Below are positions 1 to 15,852 of a stretch of 64,000 nt of DNA, in pieces; the stretch's first letter is position 1, and the number at the start of each line of letters is the position of its first letter. Made by a program: the position numbers and the translations under genes. The DNA is taken from the NCBI RefSeq assembly GCF_009914755.1, contig NC_060946.1. One strand, 5' to 3'. The notes under the pieces were generated by a model, which saw only the letters and a program-made list of their open reading frames with translations, searched no databases and was not told the DNA's origin. Origin of the DNA: the human T2T-CHM13v2.0 reference genome, Homo sapiens.

Positions 1-409
1 CAGGGTGGGGGCGTGCTTTACTTGCGATGTGGCCAGAAGACTCAGCCCCGATGCATTTAGAGGCCCTACAAGAACACCTCATAGCACCAGGAATAGAGCC
101 ACGCAGTACAGTTTTCTCTTCCAAGCACCATGATGATAAAACAAATCATGACTCGTTCTACCTTTGCATTACTTCATGGTTTGCAAGGTACTGGCTCATC
201 CGGTTCTTTCAACAACCCTGGGCAGACATTGCCATCTGGAAATGAGGAAGCTGAGCTCTCTGGGGGCACAGGGGCTGCCCCCCAGATCCCTCCTCGTAAC
301 AGAATCAAGATCTCAGCTTCTCACAAGGACACTCTGCAGCTGTGACATGGACTCCCTGCTCTCCCTTCTGGGAACAGAGGGGAAACCTCATGGTAGGCCT
401 GGCCTGGCA

Positions 410-547
410 GCCACGCTCACATCACTGCAGCAGCCCCGAGGGCAAGACAGCACACTGGTGACGGAGGGCGACCCGCCACGCTCACACCACTGCAGCGGCC
501 CCGAGCGCAAGACAGCACACTGGTTAGGGAGGATGACCCACCATGCT
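410..547. repeat. 65-bp tandem duplication (about 2.1 copies)
   Basis: gccacgctcac...gcaagacagcacactggt starts at 410 and again at 475. Confidence 0.85.
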
Positions 548-3500
548 GAACTGTGTTTTGAGGGTACTGAGGGTGGATCAGCCCTCACTGTTAAGGATTT
601 TGTTTTTTTACCTAGAAATAAAGTGACTTCTATGAAGCCCTCACTTCTATCAAGCAGGGTCTGAGAGCCCTAAGATGACGTGACCCATGGTTTCTCCAAT
701 CCTTTCTCAGCAACCCTCGTCATGGTCATCATCATCCCCAGCAAGAGGTGGGGCTGAAGGACGAAAGAAGAGAACGGATAAGAAGATGCTTTGTAAACAG
801 CAAGGCAGCCTCCAGGCACTCACCGCAGACTTTGTTTTAACTCAGAGAACCCGAGGCCTTCCCTGGCTGTACGCTCCCAGGGGCCATGTGGGGCTGAGTC
901 CCATGCCAGGCCCAGCACCTGAACTCAGCCCACAGCAGAGTCAGGTGACATCTGAAGGACAAACACCACCAAAGTTCGGAGAAGCAGGCCCACCCCACAC
1001 CTCTGCTCAAAGCTTCTCTCTCCATGTGGGGGACCCCAAGGGCCAGCCACACAAGACATTTCTTAATTTTGTGGACACACCTGTCACCTGCCTTTGACTC
1101 AAATCATTGACTTCCCGGTAATGAATCAAAGCCTGGCACACAGAGGGCACTCAGGGTCATCTTTGGAAGGGCACTGGCTCCAGGGCCAGCCAGCTGTGTT
1201 CCAGCCCTGACCTTGGCCCCGTCCAGCTGTGTGTTGGGAGGGTTGCTGGAAGCCTCGGCTTCCTTCTCACAGGAGTGGACCCAACAAGAGCAAGAGCATG
1301 TGTTTCCTGGGGCTGTGGGGAAGATGAAACAGATGAATATCTGTACGTATGTGCTGCCACTAGACAGTGACAAACACAGAGGATTCAATATACTCGTTAA
1401 TATTAATATTCACCGAGGCCTCAACCCTCTGTCTTCCCTGCATCACTGTTTAACCATTATCTTCCCTAAACACAGACCCACCCAGAGACACATTCAACAG
1501 TGAGGCCACTCTTCCCAATGCAGCCTCGGCCCGAGGGAGGATGGGACTTCGCGTGGTGCACCCCGGCCCCCCTGCACTGACTCTCGCACCCCTGAACCTG
1601 GGGTCTCCCACTGAGCAGCTCAGGCCCGGCCATTTGGCAACCCTGGGGGCGCAGAGGAGGACCACTCCCAAACCTCCGATCTTCAGCAGCGAAACAACAG
1701 CCCCTGACTCGGCAGGAGAAGATTTTACTCACTGCGGCTCAGCATTTAAATGACCCGATTATGCTAATTCCAGCTGCAGTGATTAGTAACTACATTTTAA
1801 AGGGAGATGACTCCCAGGGTGAGGTCTTTGGGGAAAAGTTTTTGCCTGCGGCACAAGTTCCCATGTGACTTTAGACAACCAGTGGGTCTACTCTGTTCAT
1901 TCATTCATTCACTCATTCATTCACTTATTTTCTAGGAGGGATTTTAAAAGCCTCTTTTTTTCCATCCCCAGTCTCGGGCCCAAGTCTCCTGGCCACCTGA
2001 CCTCCCGGAGACTCACAGTAAACTGGGCCTGAAGCCGCCTCTCAGGCCAGTTGTCAGTGCAGCAGGTGTGGACCAAACCTGCTCTTGCTGCCCTCTGCAG
2101 TGTGAGGCCGGGCAGCACCTTAACATCTCTGAGCCTTGGCTCCTGTCCGTACACTGGAGATGAGGTGGTTGGGAAAACAATGCACATAGGGTGCCTGGGG
2201 CAAGGGCATCTCAGGGGCTCACGTCCTTTCCCTCCCCTGTGATATGGGGGGGCTCCCAACAGGGTGCCTGCAATGTGGCGTGAACACCGCAGCCACTCTG
2301 AGTCCCAGCCTGGGACTCAACCGGCTTGAACAGCAGCCCGAAGACGGGCTTTGCTGGACCATCCCCCTGTGCCACCTGTCCAGGGCAGCTGCCAGGCCAG
2401 GCTTCCTGACCTCTGAACACAGCCGCCTCTGGCCAACTCGGCTGCACACCTGCTTGTATGTGGATGGCCACGCTCATCCCCCTCAAGATGCCTCCCAGCC
2501 TCTTCCCCTCTGCACAGCCCTCAGATGTGGGTCCTTTGGGTCTGTGCCTATCCCTCCCCCGCCACCACTACACTAGCCACCTGCACCCAGTGGAGCTCAC
2601 CATCTGTCCAGCCAGAACTCAGTCACCCTGCCCCACCCTCCCTACCCCATAGGTTCTGCCACTTCCGACTTTTTCCATCCTGCACGGCCCTGGTCCTCCT
2701 GTCAGTCCAGGTCCTCACCATTTTCCCAGTTCTTGGCTGAGGGGTTTCCCTCTATCACCCCAGATGCAGCCTCTCCTCCCTGCCTCCTTTCCCAGCACCC
2801 CGAGCTGAGACGATTCCCCCGGCCCCCCAGGTGTTCTGGCTGTCTGGGCCGTCTGTCTCCCTCGCCCTCCAGACCAGAGCTGAGTGGCTGGTATCTGACC
2901 TGGGAACAGTGGAGCAGGACCACACTGCCCACTGGCTGGGAAGTCAGACTGCCACACTGGAGCCACTGCCAGATGCCAGGCAATGGGGCGGACGGGGCCA
3001 TCCCAGCAGCCTGGGGTTAGTGCCAGCCATGTATCACAAGGACCCTCAGCAGGGACTCCTAGGCACAGGGGGTCAGGACACCCGCTACCCCAAAGCTGCA
3101 CACCCCCTGCTCCACCACTTCCTCTCTAAAGGAGGTGAGCCCCATCCAGAAATCCCACTTCCAAAGGCCCGGCTCCCACGGGCCTGCTCATCCACTGGGC
3201 ACCCAAGGGAGTGCTGTGTCTTCCTCTGGAGACAGGTGTTTCTCCAGCCATCCCTCCAGCCTGGAAAGCCCCTTCCACAGCTCAACTCTCCTCCTCCAGA
3301 GCCTGCCAGATGCCCTCCCATATCCTGGGCACTCCCTGCATCCCTCCAGTCCCTCGCTCCTACGCTGCCTGGGCCTCCTAGACAGGCTCCGGGGCCCCAA
3401 CCCAGCTTTCCAGCATAAAGGGAGAGGCAGAGCCGGGGACGTCCCCAACCACGCGACGAGCCCTGCTGCTCACTGAGCTTCAAAAAACCCGGAGTCTCCA

Positions 3501-4100
3501 GCCCCTTTTTGAGAGAAGTCTGAACCTTGTCGGGTGCAGGCACTTGCCCAAGGTCACACAATCTGCGTGAAGGTCAAAGCAGACAAGCTGGGCCCCCAAG
3601 CCCAGCTCTTGCCACACAACCCTTGGGCAGGCCAGCGTCTACTGGGAGCTTTGGGGCCACTGCAGCGTCCCTGTGAAAAGACAGGCCCCAGCACTGGAGA
3701 TGCAAGAGACCAAGCCCCTGTCCCCAGGGAGTCCCTGGGCAGGCAGGGAGACCACAGGTCAAGGCCAGGCAGGTGCGGTGAAGGGAGCCAGAAGTCCCCC
3801 CTTCAGAGCCTGGGTCCCTCCATCCGTCTGTCACAGGTGGGGGCCAGGCCAACCCTGCCAGCTGCCACACACATCAAGGCCCCAGCATGAGGTAGCGGTA
3901 GCCCCCGCAGTAACCTCCAGCAAAGCCATCAAGACCAAGAAAAATTGTGATGGGCGATGGCTTTGAAATCTGAGGAGTGAGGTCCAGTCCAAGATGGAAA
4001 AGGTAGCATCGCTGCAGAGGCTCCCAGAGCAGTGCCCACACTCGAGTTAGTGCATTATATAGATAGATAGACGCTTTCTTGACAGACTTTGCAAGGCTGA

Positions 4101-4717
<617 letters not shown>

Positions 4718-4734
4718 AGTCTTTTACTTTTTAA

Positions 4735-5520
4735 AAAATAAATTTTATTCCAGAATAGTTTTTGATTACGGAAAAGTTATGAAGATATAGCACAGAGCAT
4801 TCCCCAGTAGCCCACGCTGTTTCTGCGACTGTTAATGTCTGACACCGGCCTGGTGCATCTGCCTCCACTAGGGAACCAATGTCATGCACACAGTTTGTTA
4901 ACTGAAGTCCACACTGTGTTCAGGCTTCCTTTGTTTCTCCCAATGTCCTTTTCTGTCTCAGGATCCCAACGAGGATCCCACATGACATTTCATCATCGCT
5001 CTCCCCAGGCTGCCCTGGGCTGGGAGAGTTTCTGACTCTCCTTGTTATTGATGACCTGGACAGTCTGAGGACGGGTCAGGAATTTCGCAGAATGTCCTCT
5101 TAGTGGGATGTGTCTGTTTCTCTCTTGATGAGGCTGGGGTTATGGGCTTTGGGGAGGAAGACTGTAAAGGTGTCTGGTACCATTTCCATCACGTATCAAG
5201 AGCGCATCTTGTCGACCTGGCTTGTCATTGTTGGTGTTGACCTTGGTGACCTGGCTGAGGTGTGACTGTCAGGCGTCTTCAGAGCAGTTACTTTACTTCC
5301 TTCCTTCCACACTGTGATCTTTGGGAGAAAGCCACTGCGCCGAGCTCACCCTTAAGGGGTGAGAGTTACCCCTCCCTCCTTGAGGGCGGAGTAGCTACAT
5401 AAATTATTTGAAACTCTTCTGCATGGAAGATTTGTCTCGTCTTTATTCATTTATTGAATCATTTATTTGCATCAGCAGGGACTAAGAAATGTTTACTCTG
5501 TACTTGGTCTATGATGCAAC
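4735..5520 (-). mobile_element. Old L1 (L1MC-like) 3' region
   Basis: gaatagtttttgattacggaaaagttatgaagatatagcacagag resembles recalled L1MC4/5 3' ends. Confidence 0.55.
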
Positions 5521-5522
5521 AC

Positions 5523-6072
<550 letters not shown>

Positions 6073-6423
6073 CCTACTTTATTGACTTTGTAGCTCAAAC
6101 TGCTCCAGCTGTGGCCACTGGGGGCTCTCTGACTTGGCTCTGTGTCGCTTTGACATAAGAGTCCCATTATTCTGTTTTTTGTTGTTACCTTCAGGCACTA
6201 CAAGACGCTCAGCTCCTGGGCACCATTCACAGCTGCACCAAAGGATACTGACACTTCCTGTGGCCAGAGTCTCTGCAGGCGTCACTGCTTCGTGGAGCTC
6301 ACTGGCATAGGGTTGGACGGACGAAGCAGGACAAAGGGCCTCCGTGTCCACGTGATCCATGCTCGCCTGGCCCTGCTGGCATCAGTTTGCAGGAGCTCCC
6401 TAAAAGGAGGGGTGTTTTCATCA

Positions 6424-6886
<463 letters not shown>

Positions 6887-7019
6887 TGGAGCCATTTGAG
6901 GATTGCAGATGAGGTGCGTGAAAGCCTGGGGGCCCAGCTGGCTCAGCATATGACATGCATGGCTGAGTGTAGACTTTCCGCTATCTCACCTGATCCTTGC
7001 CACTATTCTATAAGGGCCT

Positions 7020-7120
7020 ATAGTGTCCCATTTTACAGATGAGGAAATGGAGGAACAGAGAGGTTAAGTAACTGGCCCAAGGACATCCAGCTACTAAGGG
7101 CTGAGATTTGAACACTGTCT
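7020..7120. mobile_element. MIR fragment
   Basis: cccattttacagatgaggaaa...agaggttaagtaactggcccaagg MIR core. Similar cores near 18750, 30840, 50475, 51215, 55000 and 61665. Confidence 0.7.
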
Positions 7121-8189
7121 CGTTTTTCCATGCGCTCTGGACAACCTTCAAGCTCTTGACTCTATCATCATCACATCCTCCAGCAGCGCAGCCACTTCAT
7201 GAAACTACAGGTGGTCAACTCTACAGGTGGTCAACCAAGATCACAGCTCCACGCTAGCACTGGCACTCGGGGAAGCCAGAGCCCAGGGAGGCTGTGCGGC
7301 CAGCCCAAGGCCACAGAGCTGGCTTATCGGAGATGCATGGCACTCCTGCCTCGATCCCAGGCCAGTAAGCTTTCCACTAGGAAGAAAGATTAAAAGCGTC
7401 CTGAAGGGAGGCATATTCCCCATCCCTTGAAGCCAGGCTGGCCATGCCATGTGACCTGCTCTGCACAGAAGGGCAGGGGGGAATCTTTTCTGCACACTAT
7501 TTTTATAGGCTCGAGATTCCAGGAATTCCTAGTTCATTCTGCAAAGCCACTGGGCAGATGCTGGTCAAGCACAGCTGCACCACCAAAGGCAGCACCTGTG
7601 CCAGGGGAGGGTGGGACCTGGTAGGGCTGGGTGTGCCAGGCGGCAGCCCCATGCCCACCCCTCTAGGTCTGCTGCTACAGAGCCACCAGTGGCTCCCCAG
7701 GGTCTCCCCTTAACCACCTCAGCAGTGGTACCAAGGCCAGCATGACCCTCCCCACACCTGCCTACCTTCAACAGCAGCAATTCCTAGGCCAATTCTCGGC
7801 CCTCCTTAGAAACCTGGGTTCAGGGTCAAGGTGGGTCCGTGTGGTCAAAGCTCGCCGAACTGCTCTAGCACTGCTCATCCAGTCCAGCCACAGAGAACCA
7901 TGGTCCTGCCCCCTCCAGCCTCACTTCTCAGGGTTCCCTCTTTGCCCCAAATTTAACTCTAAGCTCTTTGGAGACTATACAGCCAGGAAAGATTTGGGGG
8001 ACAAGTGGCGAGGGACACAGTCTAAGACTTCCTTCAATCTGCATGCTGATTACATTCTGACTAGCAGAAAATGGGGGGTGGCTCTTCGTCTGTTTTGCCT
8101 CTATTTCTTCATCTGTAAAATGAAACCACTCACCTCCTAAGGTCTGGCCAGGATGAGATCAGCTTAGCACTCCGTCAGCACTCCTCCTC

Positions 8190-8380
8190 CAACCCAGCGG
8201 TGCTCAAGGTGTGGTGGCCATTCCAGCAGTACCAGCAGAGCATGAGGACTCGCCTCAAAATGCAAATTCTCAGGCCCACCCAAGAGTGATTAAATCTAAA
8301 ACCCTGGGAGGAAAGGCTCAATAATCTGTGTTTTGGAAGGAGTTCTAATCCACCCACACCCTGTGTTTTTCAACCACAGG
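8190..8380. mobile_element. MER5A-like hAT MITE
   Basis: cagcggtgctcaaggtgtgg ... aaatgcaaattctcaggcccacc ... aatctgtgtttt. Confidence 0.65.
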
Positions 8381-9604
8381 GCTCCTCACTCACGGCTGGA
8401 CCCTGTAGATCACCATCATGGGCCCCTGGCGTGGCTATGAAGCCTGTTTGGCGTGAGTGACTCTGAAGCCCTCCTCTCACCTGACAAGGTATCTTTGGGT
8501 TTTCTCCGTCCTCCCTTGAATTCTTTCTGCCATGTGTTTTTCAGATGATAAAGCATTGGTGCCTGGTAAACAGCCCTCCTCAGGGCCATTCGGGGTAGGC
8601 AGCAGAAGGAGTGCATCCGAGACCACCTGTACCGCACACAGAGTTGGGGAGATACTGAGAAGGGGTCTCCACTTTCCACTCTTGGACTTTGGGTGACTCG
8701 GGACCAATTTCCACTGTGTCCACCCTTTGCTCTCCCGGGTACCTGCAGAAGCCTGAATTCCCCAACACCACCATCCACTCCAGGGCTTCCAGTGCCTTGG
8801 GGCTGCTGAGACAACAGGGCCTGGCCCTTGGGCGGCTCTCTCTCTCCCTTCCCAGAAAACTTAGCCCTCCCACAAGCCATCAAAACACACTGTGCCTCCA
8901 CCTCCAGGGAGCCCTCGTGGGTGTGCCTGGTAGAGCCAATCTCTCCTCTGGGTCACTGCATGCCCTGACATGGCTTTGCACTGACCCCTCCCGCACTTGC
9001 TGCGTCTGTCTCCCAAGCTCAGCCTCAAGCTCCTTACGGACATGTCTGTCGTTCCTTGCATACCACCTGGTCCAGCACAAAGTAAGGCATGAAGCAGGCG
9101 CCCCACAGCTGCTAATAAACACATAAGAAAACAGGCTCAGGGAGGTTAAGCAACTCCTATCCCTGGGTTGCAGTTGGGGGGAGAGATGAGGGTTCCAGTG
9201 GGCTCAGGACAGGGTCACCCATACCGGCTGCACTGAATGCTTTAGGGTGGGCAACACTGTGTCTGCTCAGACCTGCAGGCCCTCCCCTAATGAATGACAG
9301 GGCTGGGTCTTGGGGGAGCCCTCACAGTAGAAAACATGAATGAGAGATAAAGGCTTGGCTTTGAAATTCAAGTTCCTTTGTATTCTTCATCAACTTCTTA
9401 CCAGAGACATGACTCAGATGGGCTTTCCCAGACCTGATCGCTTTGATGTTGCTAATGAAAATATGAAAGGTGATTAAGGAGGACGTTTCTTTTTTCTTTT
9501 GACTTTGGTAAAATGTATCATGAGTGACGGATTTGGGCATTTCGGCCTGTTGTGCATTTTCATCATTTTGTTAAGAGGGGAAAAAACCTGAAAAGCCAAA
9601 GAAG

Positions 9605-9752
9605 CTTGAAACCAAGTGTTGGCGGACGCTGCTGCTCAGTGGAACGAGGAAGCCGAAAACCGAGTGTTGGCAGACGCGGCTGCTCAGTGCAATGAGGAAG
9701 CCGGAAACCGAGTGTTGGCGGACGCAGCTGCTCAGTGGAACCAGGAAGCCGG
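9605..9752. repeat. 48-bp minisatellite, 3 copies
   Basis: accRagtgttggcRgacgcNgctgctcagtg...ggaagccg starts at 9611, 9659 and 9707. Confidence 0.9.
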
Positions 9753-10519
9753 TGCTGGCTCTCCAGGCCCACACTGCACGCCCTGACATGGCTCCTCAGT
9801 GGAAACTCCTCATGTACGTCGGCTCAGGGTGCTCTGGGCAGAAGCGGACATCGTGTGGGTCCTTGAAAGCCCTCACTCAGTCAGTCAACAAACACTGAGC
9901 ACCTGCTGCATGTCCCACCCAGGTGGAGCTGAGCTTCTCCTAGGACAAATAGGATTCTGCCCCTCTCCCTGTCCCAAAGCTGTGTGCAAAGGAGCTGTGT
10001 GTCCGTCCCCCTACAGACAGGGACTGTGTCTTTGCTGCCAGACAACTTGGGCCCTGGCACAGGCCTGGTGCCAAGGCCCAAGTAGGCCAAGGAAGTAGGG
10101 GCGGGGGAGGGAGGTTGGCAGGCAGGGCGCTCAGAGATGAGGAGGCACACCCTCCCCGCCATGCAGGAGGTCCTCAGCTGTGAGAATGACACCAGGTGAC
10201 TGTCACTTTAACAAACTCCCACTCCGGGCTCTGATGACCCTCAGCTTTGTTGTCAGAATTAAGTGCAAACACTATGACTGACTCCCCACCCCCAGTCATC
10301 ACAGCCCGGTGGAGTCTGTGTGTCTGTGTTTAATACAGAAGTCCCCGAGGGGCTGCATTCCCTTCAGGTCCTCAGGCCCCAGTCAGAGAAAACGGGGTCT
10401 GCTGGTCTCCACCCTGTCCCCTCCCTGTCCCTGGACCCTGGGTCCGCCAAAGAAGCAAAGAGAAGATTCAAGTGCACTCAACCTATGCACATCAACTTCC
10501 AGATTGGCAGATGTCAGCT

Positions 10520-10900
10520 CCCACCCCTGAAACCAGAAAAAAGTTAAGCAAACTGAAAATCAGTGACTTTTCTTAGAATCCTCAGAAAATTGAGGTTACA
10601 GGACAAACAGCCAACCCTAAAACTAAAGAGACAGGCGGAGACAGAGAACCACAGCTCACAGTGAGGACAGGCTGCTGGAGCCAGGAACTGGGAGGAACAA
10701 AAAGGCAACTTCAGCGAACTGCTCAAGCTGAGTGGGGGCTACCTCAAGACTTAAAACCTAGGGGCTCAGCGTGGGGTGGGGGACACACTTTTATAAGGCT
10801 TACCTTCAGAAACCCCACCAGGGTCTCCAAGTGAATACTGGAGAAAAATCCCACTGTGCTTGACTGGGGTGAGGGGAAAAGGAACCATTCTGAAACACAA
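10520..10900 (+). mobile_element. Probable ancient L1M 5'-region fragment
   Basis: gaaaatcagtgacttttcttag...gaggttacagg...agagaaccacagc...ggggaaaaggaaccattctgaaa resembles old L1M 5' ends (recall). Confidence 0.4.
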
Positions 10901-11325
10901 CTAACATATACAGAGTACCCACTGTATTCCCAGCTTTCTCAAGACAGTGTAAGGGTGGGGTCGCCATGGGAGAGGAAAGTGTGGCTCTTGTCCCCAGAAG
11001 CTATGCAACTAGCTGAACAAGACCTAGCCCAGCACTGGGAAGTCAGGGAAGACTTCTTGGAGGAGGTGGTGCCAAGTCAATTCTTAACAAATTAGCAGGA
11101 ATAAGCCAGAAGAGGAGGCAGGTAAGGACAATGTAGGCAGAATTAGCAGAAACAACACTAGGGGCGTAGTTTTTGGACACCAGTGAGACACCCTGGCCAG
11201 GCTGACACTCCTCCTTGCTCAGAAGTACTAAAAGCTTTGGGCTGAGGCCACAGCAGACAGGCGTGACTATCAGTTCCATTCTCTGCCTGGAGTGTTTGTG
11301 TGTGATGCTGTAAACGTGCATATGC

Positions 11326-11684
<359 letters not shown>

Positions 11685-13077
11685 TCACCCAAACAGCCGA
11701 CATACCCACATGTGTTGGTACCACCCTGCACAAAGTCCTACATCCGTGCAGCTTACATTGAGTTTTAACACTAGGCAAATCCACTGTGACCACAGCGGGT
11801 CACTTCCGGGCCCTCGTCACCACCTGACCTGCTCATAGATGCAGCCTGGTGCTATACAGTGTGTGTCCAATCAGACCAGAAATTGGAGGAGAAAGAGAGC
11901 TCTTCAAACAGCAGGTATCCCGCCTCCCATGCTGGGTTTACAGTTCAAATCAGAGCGCTGAGCGTGAATATGATTTAGATCTAATAAGACCAGGGTGGTA
12001 TATGGAGATATAGATGCCAACCAATTTGTTTCAATGAATAGCGTAATATTCTCTGTTATTGAAAATTCTGATCATATTAATACCACTCAGTACCCAATCA
12101 TTGAACAAGCAGATCAAAATGAAATGTGAATTAACACATGGGTGTTGTGATGAGAAACAAACATCCTACAATTCAAAGCTGAAAGAATCCTCAGACATCC
12201 TCCTGTCGGTCTCTGTCTCTCCTCCAGCATGGAGCCACAGCCTGTCCTGGACGCTGACCCCACCTTCTCCTCTCTCTCCACCTGCTCCCCAATCTGCACC
12301 CTTGGCTGAGGGAAGAGAGCAGAGAATCTTCCTGAAGCCCCCATCACCATCCTCCTCTCACCCCTTCTCCATCAAACCCACCTTTTCTCCAGGGAAGCAG
12401 AATCAAGGGTCCAAGCTCCTGGCTGAGACACTTCAGCTCCCTCAGCCAGCCCCACGCCTGGGATGAGCCCAAGGAGTGACCAGCACCTGCCTGGCCTTGG
12501 ACTCCCCCTCTGGCCACCGTGACACTGTTCCTTCCGGAGCAGGAAGCGCCTTTGGGTGGGTGTCTCACAGAGCCATAAGAGGCCCCTGTCCCTCCCCTCC
12601 CTCCAGCCAGCCTAGAAAGTGTATGGAGAGCAGGCGTCCCTCTAGGCCTGGTGACATCGGTACTGCACATGGAGTCCCCTCATGAGTCGCAAGCAGGTCT
12701 CATCACTGGGCGCCCTCCTGCCCTGACAGCAGAGAGGGTTTTCTAAGCATTTACAGAACACCGAGCTATGCTGCGCACTGTGGCATGAGCTTCTTCCAGC
12801 TCATCTCAGCCTACGAGGAAGGCAGGAGGGAACCCAGGCTCCTGCCACCTTCCTCCCCAAAGCTGCGGCCAAATCAGCGAGGGAAGCCCACGGCCACGCC
12901 CAGTAAAGAGGCTGCCCTGAGTGCTGTCCGTGGTGCTGAACCAGCAGGGCTCTTGGGGCCAGCGGGTCCTCCCACCCAGGGCTCCACTTCCAACTCGCCC
13001 AGGAGAGGGCGCTGGTCAGTTTTGCTTCATTTCCAGAATTTACCTTGGTTAAAAAGAAAACCTATTTTAAAAATTTT

Positions 13078-13370
13078 GGGTTGGGCACAGTGGCTCACGC
13101 CTGTAATTCCCAGCATTTTGGGAGGCCAAGGCAGACGGATTGCTTGAGTTCAAGAGTTCGAGACCAGCCTGGGCAACATGGCGAAACCTCATCTCTACAA
13201 AAAAATTCAAAAAATTTGGCCTGGCATGGTGGTGCACACCTGTAGTCCCAGCTACTCAGGAGGCTGAGGTGGGAGGATCACCCGAGCCCAGGAGGCTGAG
13301 GCTGCAGTGGGTCATGATTGCGCCACTGCACTCTAGCCTGGGCGACAGAGCAAGACCCTGTCTCAAGAAA
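13078..13370 (+). mobile_element. Alu (AluJ)
   Basis: Dimer with J-type gagcccaggagg...gaggctgcagt...agaccctgtctc. Confidence 0.9.
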
Positions 13371-13374
13371 ACAT

Positions 13375-13660
13375 TTTGTTTTTAATTGACACATAACTAC
13401 ATATTCATGGGGTACAGTAGGATATTTTGATGCATGTACATATTGTGTAATCATCAAATCAAGGTATTTAGCATATCCATCGCCTCATACATTTATTATT
13501 TCTTTGTGGTGAGAACACTCAAAATCCTCTCTTCACACTGTCTTAAGATACATAATACCATATTGTTAGCACAACAGTCACCCTGCTGTGCAATGGAACA
13601 CCAGAACTATTCCTCCCACCTAACTGTAACTTTGTACCCATTGACCAATCTTTCCCTATC
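13375..13660 (-). mobile_element. L1MA-like 3' end
   Basis: ttttaattgacacata...ttctttgtggtgagaacactcaaaatc...tttgtacccattgacc. Confidence 0.75.
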
Positions 13661-14052
13661 CAAACTTTTAAAATGTGGACTTCATGCCATTTTAGAAGGA
13701 AAAAAGCAAAATTACAATTCACATTTCACAATTTACACAGTTGGTTTCATGCACTTTTGACTGTTCCGTCTTGTTTCTGCAAGTTATACAAGTTGCAGCC
13801 TCTGGGGAGCTGGAAGTGTCCTGTCCCTGGAGGTCCTTGTATGTCCAAGGACAGCCCAGACCCATCTGCCTGTACTAAAGCACAGAATTTCACATTTGAG
13901 GCAGGAAGCCCCACACCTACAGGCCCATTTAAAAACATACAGATGTTTTATTAAGTACTGAAGAGAGATTAAAGGTTCTAAAACGTGTAACATTTGAAGA
14001 ATAATACCAGAAGCATCCATGTACATAGCACTCGGGTTAAGAAAGTGGCCAG

Positions 14053-14360
14053 GGCCGGGCGGGGGCTCACAATGCAGTCCCAGCACTTTAGGAGGCCCAG
14101 GTGTGAGGACCGCTTGAGCCCAGCAGTTCAAGACCAGCCTGGGCAACATGGCAAAACCCTGTGTCTACAAAAGATGCAAAAAAGGTGGCACACTCCTGTA
14201 GTCCCTGCTATTAATACTAGGGAGGCTGACCTGGGCCCCAGAGGGTGAGGCTGCAGTGAGCTGTGATCATGTCACTGCACTCCAGCCTGGATGACAGAAT
14301 GACACCCTGTCTCAAAAAGAAAAGAAAGAAAAAAACGAAGAAAGGAAAAAATAAAATAAA
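14053..14360 (+). mobile_element. Alu (diverged AluJ)
   Basis: Recognisable dimer and A-rich tail. Confidence 0.85.
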
Positions 14361-14445
14361 TATTCACTTTGAAATCCTCCACTCGCTACAGGTAACTACT
14401 ACTATTTTGTATTTTTCATTCCCAGACTTTTTTTTTAATAGTTTA

Positions 14446-15079
<634 letters not shown>

Positions 15080-15541
15080 TGCATGTTTTGAACTTTAATT
15101 AAATGAAATCATATGAAGTTTTCTTCTGCAACTTTTTGAAGAAAACTTCAACTCCAAGCTCCCAAGAGTCAAGGTTGTTGCACGTGGCCTCACTCATTCC
15201 TTTTCCTTGCTGTAGACACAGTGCATACATGTGCATATTTATCCATTATCCATCAGTGGTGGCCACATTCTGTTGTATTTCATTTTGGCTGCTAGGATTT
15301 TCAGGCCTCCCAGGACACGTGTGTAATAATTTCTCTATGGGAAATACCTACAAGTGGGATCTCCGGTTTGCAGGAGATGTACATCTCCCCTCATCTTTAC
15401 TAGATGTTTCCGAATTGTTTTCCAAATTCTCCCACTTCCCACCCAGCAGCACTCCTCACACCCAGGAGCCCCCAACACCGTCATCATTCTCCTTCAGTGT
15501 TGGTATTCGTCTGGAAGAAACAAAAAGGACTCTCCCTGTGA

Positions 15542-15852
15542 TTTTGTTTTTGTTTGTTTTGTTTGTTTTTTGAGATGGAGACTCCCTGCGATGCCCAGGC
15601 TGGAGTGCAGTGGCGCGATCTAGGCTCACTGCCACCTCCGCTTCCCGGGTTCAAGCGATTCTCCTGCTTCAACCTCCTAAGTAGCTGGGACTATAAGCAT
15701 GCGCCACCACACCTGGCTAATTTTTGTATTTTCATAGAGACAGGGTTTCTCCATGTTGGTCAGGCTGGTCTCAAACTCCTGACCTCAAGTGATCCACCCG
15801 CCTCGGTCTCCCAAAGTGCTGGGATTACAGGCGTGAGCCACCACGCCCAGCC
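15542..15852 (-). mobile_element. Alu (AluS)
   Basis: Reverse-complement dimer; TSD tccctgtgRtttt. Confidence 0.92.

Noticed and set aside
9605-9752. Regularly spaced repeats reminiscent of a CRISPR array
   Set aside because: Units are contiguous with no unique spacers, the DNA is human and there are no cas genes.
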